Assembly: GCA_043228905.1 (NCBI GenBank)
Contig: JBHGNT010000017.1
Location: forward strand, 10,602,001 to 10,666,000
Length of the DNA: 64,000 bases
Source of the DNA: Azolla caroliniana
Lineage: Eukaryota; Plantae; Polypodiophyta
Reading direction: 5' to 3'
The position numbers and the translations under genes were made by a program. The notes under the pieces are model-generated. The model worked only from the letters and a program-made list of their open reading frames with translations, made no database searches and had not been told where the DNA came from. Shown here piece by piece: positions 11,357 through 23,379 of the stretch. Position 1 is the first letter of the stretch; each line of letters opens with the position of its first letter.

Positions 11357-14300
11357 ATGGCTCAAAATAACAACCCGATGTCATCCGCTCAAGCGGAAGG
11401 AACTCAAGGAAATCCTCCTAGACAAATGTCCATTGAGATGTATTTTTCACAACTAACCCAATACCTTAGTTTCACCACTCAACAGATGACCGAACTTCGG
11501 CAATCTCAAAGTGCTCTCAAGGCATGTGTCATTAGTTCACAACGTGAGACTAATAGACCTGATGAGCGACAGGGTGAACCATCGTTTGTCGTTAAGCCAT
11601 TTACGGGAGAAAAAAAGGAAAGAACCGAAGAAGCAATCTGCACGTGGCTGGGTCGATGGGAGTCTCATTTTGAGCTCTATCCCACACCAGATAGTACGAA
11701 GATTGCATATGTCAGCCGAGAACTAGAGGGTAAGGCCGCCGTTTGATGGCATGGGCTCCGAACATTGGGGAAATTGCCCGATACCTAGACAGATTTTGTC
11801 ACACTTTTTAAGGGCCAATTTCTGCAACCTCCCTCTCGAACTGAGGCAGCACAAGCTTTAATGAACCTCTCTAGCACGAAGTTTTCCTCGCTAGAAGACT
11901 ATGTTCACCATGCTAGAACCCAAATCCAAAAATCGGGTCTAGAAGGGGACAACTAGTTAATAGTTTATTTTGTCAATGGCATCCAATCACTGGATAGTGC
12001 ACGATAAGGATCCAAAATCCTTCGAAGAGGCCAGTGAAATAGTTCTTCGCTATCAATGCACTTCGAAGGACCACAACAAACCGAACGAAGCGCCCGGGAC
12101 TAAGCAGTCGCAATTCGCTGGGAAACGCCAAACACCCAACGAATTCATGGATCGTGATTGTAAGCGACAACATCCTTTTTGTGTATTCTGCAAAAAGAAG
12201 GGTCATACAAAAGAGCAATGTTGAAAGCTCCAACGAAAAGAGCACGACAACAAAGCTAAAGCTACAGACCATAAAGGTCAGATTCCTAATGTCCTTCATG
12301 TCTATACACATCATTTAAGTAATTGTCAATGTTCTTTCCCTCACTATGTATTGGGTCCCAATGATTTACTACGTGCAAACGGGTATATCAAGGGATCTCC
12401 CATACAATTTTTGTTTGATTCGAGAAGCTCACACAACTTTGTGAATGATCGTTTGGTTCAGATATGGGGAATCCAACCCACCGTAAGTGATCACACCTAT
12501 ACGGTGCACTTGGCTGATGGAAGAGTACAATACATCAACAGGGCGATTCATTCATTAGGAATTTCTATTGATACTTATATAGAGGAAGTAGACTTCCATG
12601 TAATGAATCTTTGTACCACTCATGTAATATTGGGTTATCCCTGGTTCTATAATAAAAACTCTTCTTTATCTATTGATTGGGTTCATCATTCAATAACTTT
12701 TGTATTGAACGATTGTACTCATTTTATTAAATGCGTAAAAAAACAATCCCTCTCGATTGTTTCCTCTCCATCAATATCTGAGTTGTTTTGTTTTACTCTA
12801 TTTTATTGTGTACTTGATCCGGACATTCACGTTTACAATATTGATAATGTCTCGGTTCAATTAACATATTTTGAACAACAACAACTTGATGAAATCTTAA
12901 ATGATTTTCATGATATTTTTCAGAGTGAACTACCAGATGGGTTACCTCCTAAATGTAATATAGATCATCATATAGATATTGTACCTTGCGTTGCACCAAT
13001 AAGTATACCTCCTTATTGCTTAAGTCGATCCAAAGAGGATGAGGTATCTAAGCAACTCAAGGACTATTTATGAATGCGTTATATATGTTATAGTGAATCT
13101 CCATGGGGTGCACCAGTTCTCTTGGTTAAAAAGAAAGAGCGCACATGGCGTATGTGTATTAATTACCGACGCTTGAATAAAGTGACGATCAAGAATTCGT
13201 ATCCATTGCCCCGAGTTGATGATCTAATTGACCCTCTCCAAGGAGCTCGGTATTTTACGAAACTTGATCTCCGTACTAGCTACCATCAAATTCGTATAAG
13301 TGAGGACGATGTTCCTAAAACGACATTTCGTACACGATTTCGTGAAGATTTTCAGCAATGGTGTGAAAATTGCATAAAACATACGAAATCGAGTATGAAT
13401 CACATAAAACAATAATAGTGAAGATACTAATTTGAAATAAGTTTAATATGTTGGTACAAAAAGATGGGGGTCTTCAAGAGCTTTCGAATGCACTTTACTA
13501 CATAAGAAACAAACATCTAAGTCTCAAGTTATGTGGGTACGAAGTTTGCAAAAAAAAAGAGAAAAATAAAACTGTGAGATATCCCACAAAAACAGGATAA
13601 ATAATGATCTCACCATATATAAGGTAGAGCAAAAGCTATTATCTTTGTGTCTATGTGTGGAGCATAGAGAGTTCAAGGTGACTTGAACTAAGCTAATTGG
13701 ATGAGTGGGTGTGGCCTAGCTACTTGTAAAGGTCTTGGCCAACCAAAACCGGCAGCAACCGGTGGGGGAACCGGCGACAACAACTAGCAGCGGAGCCGGT
13801 GAACCAGCGGCGGTGACAGACGATATCCGGCGACCGGTGACCGGCATCCGGTGAGGTTTTGGCCAACCAAAACCGGCGGCAACTAGTGGCGAAACCGGTG
13901 ACCAGCATCCGGCAACAGATCCGGTGACGGACAGTGACCAGCATGTGACAACCTCGGGATGCGAACCGAACCGGGCCAAACCAAACAGATGCAAATCAGT
14001 CAGGTCGGTTGATCACGGTGTTTAAAAGATATTTGGTCCAAAAGTCTAATAGTATTTTGTGCTTTAAAAAAGATGTAAGCAAGACTCGAACTTTGCACCT
14101 CCAAGATAGGAAGCAATAGGCTTACCATTAAGCCAAATCATTTCATTAGGGAATATATTTTTATCATTATAGATTTACATGTAAATTCTCATATTAGGGC
14201 TTGATTGAGTGACATATGATGCATGAGCGCGAAATGGCAAACTTGCATCACATGCATTTCATGCATTGTATGCATGTCTTGTACCCTCACATGCATCATA

Positions 14301-16992
14301 TGCATGGGAGCATCTATAAAAGGGTGGATGAAAAAGATAAAAAGGAGCTTTGTACTTTATATCAAAATTAATATTAAGAAGAAAATTCGTTATCCAATTG
14401 ATGTATTAATCTTGTTCGTCAAATCTAAAGTCAAGAGTATCAATCTTAATCTCTCACAATCTAAAGTCAAGCGTTCTCTCTCTCTCTCAATCTATCTTAA
14501 ATCCTTTCTCGCTAAAGCTAGTGCAACTTCGAGTCCTTCCGGTCCAGAACCCTGGCGGTTCCGCCTCACGATCCGTGCGTAGTGACGGATCTTCACGACA
14601 ACGTTGTGGCCATTATGAGTTTTGGGGTATGCCTTTTGGTTTGACCAATTCTCCGACTACATTTCAACAAGAAATGAATGACACTTTTCGAGAACAACTT
14701 GGAAAAATTGACGTTATTTTCTTGGATGATATTGTAGTTTATAGCCGTACATTACAAGAACATGCTAAACATGTCCACTTTGTTTTACAAACATTGCGTA
14801 ACAAACAGTTTTATGCGAAGATCTCAAAATGTGAGTTTTTCAAGAAATCAATTACTTATCTTGGACATCTCATAACCGAACGAGGAGTTGAAATTGATCC
14901 TTCTCGCATCTCATTCCTTGGTTTTGTCGGGTTTTTGTAAAAATCCCTTCGTAATTACTCCCAATTGACGACACCATTTACTAATTTTCTAAAAGGTCAA
15001 ACGCGTAAGTCTACAAAACCTATTGTCTGGAATGCTACACAAGACCTCGCCTTTAAGGAACTCAAGGACCTGGTGTGCAAGGCTCCTTCACTTCTTTTAC
15101 CTGATCCTTCAAAACCTTTTGAGGTTGAAACCGATGCAAGCGATTATGCTATAGGTGTTGTCTTATATCAAGATGGTAAACCAATAGCATTCGAGAGTAA
15201 GAAACTTGATTCTGCTCAATGTCGGTATACCGTTCAAGAAAAGGAGTTATTTGCAGTTATACATGCGCTCAAAACATTGCGCCATGAAATTTATCGAAAT
15301 CGCTTTGTGGTAACTACGGACCACGAGTCCTTGAAATATTTTTGTGACCAACAACACTTGAAAGTTCGTAAGGCACGATGGGTTGATCTCATCCAGGACT
15401 TCGATTTTTCCATACGATATCATAAAGGTTCCATGAACACTGTCGTTGATGCACTAAGTCGCATCCGTGAAGTTAACATGCTTAGCTTCACTAAAATAAC
15501 ATCAGATCTTTATTATCACCTTTGAGGAAAGTATCCTAATGACAGTTATTTTGCAAAATATTGGGCAAGAGTTGAGTCTAGAACAGACACCACTACATCG
15601 TCGAAGGAATACTTCCACATTGCTAATGGTCTACTCTACCATAATGGGAAGGTTTGTGTTCCAGATTTGCCTGAGGTCAAAAAGAGAATTCTCTTTTAAT
15701 GCCATGATGCACCCTCAATAGGGCACCCTGGATTACATCGTACACTCGTTCTAATCTCCACTCAATTCTATTGGCCTAGGATGCGCCTTGACATACATAG
15801 CTATGTGACTAAATGTCACCAATGTTAGGTTAACAAAGTCGAGCGACTTAAAGCCGCAGGAATTTTACATCCCTTGGACATTCCCAATAATAAGTGGGAA
15901 AGTATATCCATGGATTTTATTGTTAGCCTTCCTCGCACCCAAAAAGGCCATGATGCCATCTGGGTTGTGGTTGACAGACTAACTAAAATGGCCTGATTTA
16001 TTGCTACTAAAACCACAGTAACAGCTCCAGAATTGGCTTACCAATTCGTTGACGAGTTATTTCGTTTTTATGGGTTACCGATGGATATCGTGAGTGATCA
16101 AGATCCAAAGTTTACTGGTGACTTTTGGACGCAAGTCTTTAAGAAGTTAGAAACTACATTGACCATGAGCTCCACGGATCATCCTCAATCCGATGGACAA
16201 ACAGAACGAGTAAATCAAATTATTGAGGACATGCTTCGAGCATACATTGGTGCAAAACCAACAAAATGGGAACGTTATCTCCCAATTTTGGAGTTTGCTT
16301 ATAATAGCTCTAAGCATACGTCGATGGGATATAGTCCTTTTATGTTGATGTATGGTTTTCAGCCACGAGCCCTGATTGATGTTAATATACATCATGATGA
16401 GTTGCGAAGTACGCAAAACTTTTTTCAGGATATGCAAGATATGTTGCATATTGCACGAGATAATATAAAAATAGCTCAAGATAGAGCGCGTTTTTATGCC
16501 GATCATCATAGGCAACCTCGTGTATTCAACCTTGGACAAAAGGTATTTTTACGTGTACCTCACAATTCTAAGACATTGTCTAAGGGTAAGTGCGCTAAGT
16601 TAGCCCCACAGTTTTCTGGACCTTTTACAGTCCTCAAATGCATTGGGTCATTAGCCTATCGTCTCGCTCTTCCCGATGGTGTTGAAATTCATCTAGTTTT
16701 TCATGTGAGTTATCTAAAAGAACTTCTAGGTTCTGGTGACAATACAGTTACAACTGAAACTCTGGTTACTTCTGAAGAATTATCTTCTAAACCACATGTA
16801 CCAGAAAGAATTCTCGATGTTGAAAAAAAAAAATTATGTACTAAAGAAATCCAAGAATTTAAAATAAAATGGATGGATAAATTAATAAAAGATGCCACAT
16901 GGGAACGCAAAAATACTCTGAGAACAAACTTCCCTAACTTTCCATTGCAAGAGTTCAATGTTTTAAAGAGGGGGAGTATGTTACAGGCATGA
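11357..16992 (+). pseudogene. Chromovirus gag-pol, fragmented
   Basis: ORF fragments 11267, 11970, 12351, 13074, 14521, 14965 and 16033 in gag-PR-RT-RH-INT-chromo order, with stops and frameshifts. Confidence 0.9.
13338..14600 (+). mobile_element. Gypsy solo LTR inserted in chromovirus RT
   Basis: T(T)TCGTGAAG...TTCACGACA termini; TSD ACGA/ACGT. Removing it plus one 4-bp copy restores RT motif FRTR-(C/Y)GHYEF. Homologous to 21301-22952. Confidence 0.88.
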
Positions 16993-17432
16993 CCATATAA
17001 TGTTCCGTGGTGAGAATTTACCGTAGTATTCTATACACGTGGATAAGTGTGAGGGTTAAACGAGAGTGTAAAGAAGGGGAGGATTACTTTTAATCCTCAG
17101 GATTGAGACAACCCATTAGGCCAAGTGTGAACTTGCCTGGGGGCCTTGGGTATCGCTATAATCAAGAGGCCTCGCTACCCTCATTTTATGATCTTTTGAC
17201 TACGTCGAGACTTTGTTTCTCGGTGGTTCAACTCTTGTAGTGAGCGCGCCAGCACTAGGTACGACTCGATGCCACGGCGGTGGTATGGGACGCCAATCGA
17301 GGGTCGAGTCTGTCTCGATCCCTTCGCTCGGGGGTGGTTGGGTGGATCGGTACCCTTCTTTCTCTCTTTCCTCTCTATCTAGATCTATCGTTTATCCCTA
17401 TCCTTTGCTTACATTAGTACATATCTCTAATA
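16979..17432 (+). repeat. Chromovirus 3' LTR
   Basis: Follows PPT AAGAGGGGGAGTA; homologous to 48008-48464(-). Confidence 0.9.
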
Positions 17433-18556
17433 CTACATGTGTTCAACACTTGGTTACCTCATGGCAAGAAGCACTCTTGGTATGTGTATGGAAACCATCC
17501 TCTAGTAGAGAGCATTGTAATTCTTTGCAGAAAGAGTGACTTGTGTCTTCTCGGTTATTATGTTGGCCAAGAAAGGAGAGATTGCGCTCTCAATTTAACC
17601 ATTTGTTTCGTTTGGGGGTCAAAGAGGTGGGAGATATAGTTGAGGCTCCATCTCAAAGAATTTTGGAGTTTGTTGAAGCGCAACAATTATTACGCATTCC
17701 GCCTAATTATGGGTTTATTTGGCAACAACTACAAAATATTCCATTGATGCAAGGTTCCTTACCTCTACAAACAGGAGAACAATCGTGGATTGATTGGTGT
17801 TTAAAGGGACAAACATCATTGTTACAAGTGACCACTAATCTTTTGTATCATTGCTCTATTGAGTCTCTTGGATGGTTATCATTAAAGGCTGAAGAAGAAT
17901 GGAGATTACACAAATCTGATCATGGGTGGTGGCAAATCTTACAACGTAGTTGGCATTCTAAATTGCCACTTGTAGCAAAGGTCTTCATTTGGAGAGTTTT
18001 GATTGGAGGATTGCCTTTGCGATTAGCTCTAAAGTGTCGTGGACTAGCAACGAGTAATTGCTTTTTTGCACTGTTCAAATGGAAGATAGTACTCATCGAT
18101 TTATACAATGTCCGATTGCTTCTCAAATTTGGAGTTACATTTCTCAAATTTGGCAAGTTTTATCACGGTGTTATTTGACACCTAGATAGTGGGTGTTTGC
18201 ACAATTTACATAAGTGGACCCAAAGTCAGAGATGGAGATCATTTTTTTATTTCTGAGATATTGGGTATTGCGTCATAATTGGAATATGCGCAATGCTTTT
18301 GTATTCGATGGTAGACATGGAGTGAAAGCATATCTACGAAAGTTGAAGGGAGTACTAATGTGGCAATTTTCTTTATTAGAGCAAGTGGAAATCCTTTCCT
18401 CAGTGTTCGTCTTGCCTATTGGCAATTCAACATGTTCCACTACCCATGTAGTGTAGTGTAGTTAGTGGGTGACCATACTTCATGGTCACGCCCATTGTAA
18501 GTAGTGTTTTTTACACACATTTATTAATATAATTGTGTGTTTTCACCCAAAAAAAA
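17433..18556 (+). mobile_element. LINE (L1-like) 3' remnant
   Basis: ORF 17543-18178 has a zf-RVT-like motif W..KLP...KVFIWRV....LP....L..RG....C. Downstream RHNWNMRNAFVF motif and a short A-tract at 18549-18556. Confidence 0.75.
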
Positions 18557-18711
18557 GAGACATAATTAAAACATTTAATTATCATTAGAAAAAATTACAT
18601 GGGGTTTGGGGGGTGGGGGATGGGGGGCATGGTCTAATGCTACTCGCAAACTAGTTTCTCCCCTAAGGGCTCATCAGTGCCATAAGACCATGAGTGAACT
18701 TGAGGGGTTTT

Positions 18712-19410
18712 TGTTGGGATTTCGGTCCCTCCGGATGGGATGTCCGGAGATGAATGACGGCAAGCCCGGTTGCGGTTACGGAGCCGGATGATGAAGACCC
18801 CGGTTACGGAGCCGGATGATGAAGACCCCGGCTACGGAGCCGGATGATGAAGACCCCGGTTACGGAGCCGGATGATGAAGACCCCGGCTACGGAGCCGGA
18901 TGATGAAGACCCCGGTTACGGAGCCGGATGACGAATGTACCCGGAGAGAGATCCGGATGCGGAGACATATTTGTGAATATGTTTGCCAAGAGCCCTTGAG
19001 GCTATATTTGTAAATAGCCCGAAAGTCATATGTGTATAAATATGACTTAGGGCAAACAGTTAAGTCTGTTGTTGCTCATTTTCTGTTTTCCACTAAGAGG
19101 GAGCGAAGTGAGAGCAGCCGAGAGAGAGTGAGAGAGAAGGAGGAAGGAAGAGGTCGACGCCTCTGTGTAATACCGCCGCCTGTGGCGAGGACAGCGAGCT
19201 CAAGGTCGTCGCCTTGCAGCTCGCCATTGTACATTCCCGCGTATAGTGATAGTTGGAGTCTTGCACTCCCGTGGTTTTTCCCATTTAGGGTTTTCCACGT
19301 AAAACATCCAGTGTGCCCTTCTCTCTATTGTTTTTCGTGCATTGTTGTATTTCCCGTTTTCTGTGAATCGATCCTGTTCCTCGGTTGTGGCCGAACACGG
19401 AAGTCCGACA
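18712..19410 (+). mobile_element. Copia (Tork/Tnt1-like) solo LTR
   Basis: TGTTGG...CCGACA termini, perfect TSD GTTTT; strongly similar to LTR 49766-50361. Confidence 0.93.
18781..18930 (+). repeat. 28-bp tandem repeat (5 copies plus a partial) in U3
   Basis: GAGCCGGATGATGAAGACCCCGG(T/C)TACG units at 18781, 18809, 18837, 18865 and 18893. Confidence 0.93.
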
Positions 19411-19539
19411 GTTTTATATAGGGTTTAGGAGGGAGGGGTAAGATGGATGGTGGGGAAGGTTCAAATTAGGGAGTGGGGGATGAGGGTGTGCTATGTGCAC
19501 ATGTGCACTTAAGAAAGGAAAGGGTAGTGGGTTTATGTT

Positions 19540-21201
19540 GTTCTGCTCTCTCTATGTCTCCCGTGTATTCAAGCTCTCCATTAAACCTTCATTCTGAGTT
19601 CTGTTGTTATCTTGAGTAGCCGGTTTTGTCCAAACTTATTCACAACTTTTACATGGTATCAAAACACGTGGGTTGAGAACCTCTATCGTCGACAAGCATT
19701 TTCTGAAGACAAACCCTAACACCCCGTAAAGAACAGACAAAAGAAGAATATGGACCAAGGAATGGCGGGCTCACTTCCAACAGAAAAGCTTGACCGAAGC
19801 AACTGTGTCCTAGTCGTATAAAATGCATTAGTACCTGCTGGGCACACATATTGGAGCTACGTGGAAGGAGCGAATGTAGCAGCCTCAGATTGGCACACAA
19901 GGACTTCCCGATATGGGAGCAATGAGTGAGTAGAGTGTTGTACTGCCTCACATCTTGTGTGCACGACCAAATGCTCAGCTACATCAGGGATGCAAAAACG
20001 CCGAAAGAGGCCTGGGAAAATCTCCAAAACCTTTTCGCTGCAAGTACCATGGCTCAGAAGAAGCGCGCCAATTCGGATAGAGCCAGATTCGGCAAGAACG
20101 GACAAGAGAACTCGCAAAGCTCGCACTACACTGAAGGATCAGAAGGATCCAGAACCGGTAAGACCGGAAAAAGGTCAGCCTTTGTGATGAATCACAAGGC
20201 GAACTCAATTAAAAAGACCAATTCTGAATTAGAGGAAGTGTGGTGCGTTGATTCCAGAGCATCAAACCACATGATGAGCCACGAAGAAAGGTTCTCATAC
20301 TTGGAGAAACCGGAGCAACCGGGAGTTGTCAAAACCGGAGACAACACTCCTCACCCGATAGTGCATGTCGGAGAAGTTCCCATGAGTCATGTTGGACAAA
20401 AAGGGAAGCTTATGAAAGTGCTTCATGTCCCAACAATCACGAAGAACCTGGTGTCGGTCAGGCAGATCGTCGACTAGCGGATGCATGTGCGGTTTACGCA
20501 CCTTGGGTGCTTCATTGAGGAAGAGGGTCGGATAATCGTGCAAGGGCGACGGGACGAGAGGATGTTCATCCTCGACACCAACGACGTAGGCACCGTCTTG
20601 TTCGCAAAAGGACAGAAAGTCGAGCAGATATCGACTTGTGGCACAAGCGGCGGATCAGCCACGTCAACTATCAGAGGCTTCAAGACCTACAATCGAAACA
20701 GGTTGTTTTCGGATTGCCGAAATTCAGTGGCCTAAAGCCCAAAATTTTTGAAGCCTACCAACTTGGGAAGCAACACCGGCTTCCATTCCCCACCGAAAGA
20801 AATCGGAGCCATAACAACCTCGACTTAATCCATTCGGATGTATGGGGACCGACACAAAACATTCGCCTTCGCGAGAGCTGATACTTCAGCTCCTTTATCG
20901 ACAACTACAACCGGCACACATGGATCTATCTCATAGAGAAGAAAAGCGAAGTCTTCGAATGTTTCCGGAACCTGCAAAGTCTTGTCGAATGGGAAATGGA
21001 GAGGAAGATCAAGTGCTTGCGGTCAAATGACGGAAAAGAATACTTTTCCGGCCAATTCAACAATTATTTGCAACAAATGGGAATTCAGAGAGATTTCAGT
21101 TGTAGATACACACCGGAACAAAATGGTGTGGCCTAAAGGAAGAACCGTCGATTGTGGAGGCGGCACGGGCAATGCTTAAGGAGAAGAGCATGCCCAAGTT
21201 C
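19540..21201 (+). mobile_element. Truncated Copia (LTR end, PBS, deleted gag, protease, integrase start)
   Basis: CA at 19652-19653, then TGGTATCA. gag MAGSLPTEKL like 45212(-); protease WCVDSRASNHM; integrase WHKR..H, IHSDVWGP. Left boundary approximate. Confidence 0.8.
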
Positions 21202-21300
21202 TAATGGAAGATTAAAACAGAAGTGGAGGTTCATGCACTTACACCGAAGAGACAACACAGGATGTTTACATGGAAAACCCTAATAGGAAAAACACCACGG

Positions 21301-22952
21301 TGTCGTGAAGATTTTCGGCAACGGTGTGAAAATTGCATGGAATGTACAAAATCAAGTGTGGTTCTTCACACACAATATGAAACAATAATAGTGAAGATAC
21401 TATTTTATATTAGTTTAATATCTTGTTACGAAAAGATGGATATCTTCAAGAGCTTCTGAATGCACTTTACTACATTTGAAATAGACAACTAAATGTCAAG
21501 TTATGTGAGTGTAAAGTTTGAGAAGAAGAAGAGAAAAACAAAACTATGACATATCCCACATAGATAGGACAAATCAGGATCCCACAGTATATAAGCAGAG
21601 CTAGAACTCATTACTTTTTGTCTTTGTGTGGAGCATAGAATGTTCAAGGTGACTTGTGCTAAACTATTCCGTTGGATTGATGTGGCTTAACTACTCATAA
21701 TGGTTTTGGGGAACCGCGACCGGACAGACGGCGACGGAACCGGATTCGGATCGGGCCGGGTGCATCCGAACGGCGACGGAACCGAATCGGATGCACATTG
21801 AACCGGTCGAGCCCGGACAGACGGATCGGTCTGGTCAGGTCGGTCAGATAGGTTGATCGCAACGCACGGTCGGTGTCTTGAAGATTTCGGTGTGAAACGA
21901 ACAAAAAAAAAAATTGTCTATAAATTCCATCGGCTCATTGGAGATCGATTGAAGGTGTAATATGTAGTTAAACATTTAACAATCGGCAACGGTTCGGTTC
22001 GGTTTGAGAGGGTCCAAACCGAACCGTTTTAAAATTTTGAAACCTGAACCAAACTGAGAAACCGTTAAACCGAATCGTTAAATTTTTTTCAAACCATTAA
22101 ATCGTAAAAACCGCGGTTTCGTGGTTCGGTTTCGGTTTTGAACATAGGTCTAATTTTTAATTTTTTAAAATTTATAATATTTCATGATTTAAAATTTTTA
22201 AAATTTTTAAGATGTTCCTAAAATGTGAGAATAAGGTCTAAAAATGAAAATATTGTTTAAAAACAATTTTTACATTTTTTTAGAATTTTTTTTTAAAAAA
22301 AAAAACCGTTTAGCCATTTAAACCCCGGCTTTTGATTGTTGAAACCGAACCGAACCGTTGAAACCGTTAACATTTGTAAACTACAAGACTAAAGCCTAGT
22401 AATATTTTGTGCATTGAAAGGGATGCAAGCAAGGCTTGAACCTTGCACCTCCAAAACAGGAGGCAATAAACTTACCACTAAGCCAAATCGTTTCTTTAAG
22501 TTATATTTTTATCATTACAATTCTCATACATGAGAGCTTGAATGAGTGACATGGTTATCATGCAATACATGCAATGCATGAGCGCCAAATGGCAAACATG
22601 CATCACATGCATGTCTTGCACCCTCACATGCATCATATGCATGGGGGCATCTATAAAAGAGTGGATGAAAAAGAAAAACGGAGCTAGGTATTAATCAAGA
22701 AATTAATAAAAAAATAGAAAATTCATTATCCAATTGGTGATGTATTAATCTTGTTTCTCAAATCTAAAGTCAAGGGTTCAATCTTAATCTCTCTCTCTCT
22801 CTCCATCTCAATCTTTCTCTCGCCATATCAATCTCTCTCAATCTATCTTAAATACTTTCTCACTGAAGCTAGTACAAACTTCAAATCCTTCCAGTCCAGG
22901 ACCCCCGCGGTTCCGCCTCACGATCCGCACATAGTGATGGATTTTCACGACA
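21301..22952 (+). mobile_element. Gypsy solo LTR containing a MITE
   Basis: TGTCGTGAAG...TTCACGACA termini; TSD ACGG/ACAG; homologous to 13338-14600. Confidence 0.9.
21977..22369. mobile_element. MITE / non-autonomous DNA transposon
   Basis: Imperfect TIR TAAC...CAACGGTTCGGTTCGGTTT; flanking direct repeat ACATT; AACCG subterminal repeats; absent from the homologous LTR at 13338. Confidence 0.8.
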
Positions 22953-23379
22953 ACAGAAGCGCACAGACTCCAACTATCACTATGAGGGGACGAATACAAT
23001 CTGAGACTCAAAGGCAACGAGCTTGAGCTCTATGTCTTCGCCAACAAGCAGTTACAAACAGAAACTAGTTTTGTATCTCTCCCTCTCTCTCTCTCACGCT
23101 CTGTGTACAACGATGATACAACAACAACTCTCACTAATGTGATTTCCCTAAGTCATATTTATACTTATATGACATTTGGGCTATTTACAAATATAGCCTC
23201 GATGGGCTCACTCTGAAACATATTTACACATATGTCCTTGGATCTGGTTTGCACCAGATCCATCTGGATTCACTCGATCCGGTTTCCAGGTCTCATCTAG
23301 AAACCTTCCGAATATGGTTCCTTCATCCGGCTCATCCAGATCCCATCTAGAGGGACTGAATTCCCAACAAACTCCCCCT

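Larger units (their letters stand above)
9638..17432 (+). mobile_element. Chromovirus-type Ty3/Gypsy retrotransposon, degenerate
   Basis: 5' LTR remnant 9638-9685 matches the 3' LTR end. PBS TGGTATCCGAGC (tRNA-iMet) 9688-9699. gag with CVFCKKKGHTKEQC, protease FLFDSRSSHNFV, RT FLDD, RNase H ETDASDYA, integrase with C-terminal chromodomain PERILD...KIKW...DATWE. PPT, then 3' LTR 16979-17432. Confidence 0.92.

Noticed and set aside
14072-14141. Functional tRNA genes (also 22421, 27378, 30480)
   Set aside because: No convincing acceptor stem or canonical anticodon loop; kept as tRNA-like modules.
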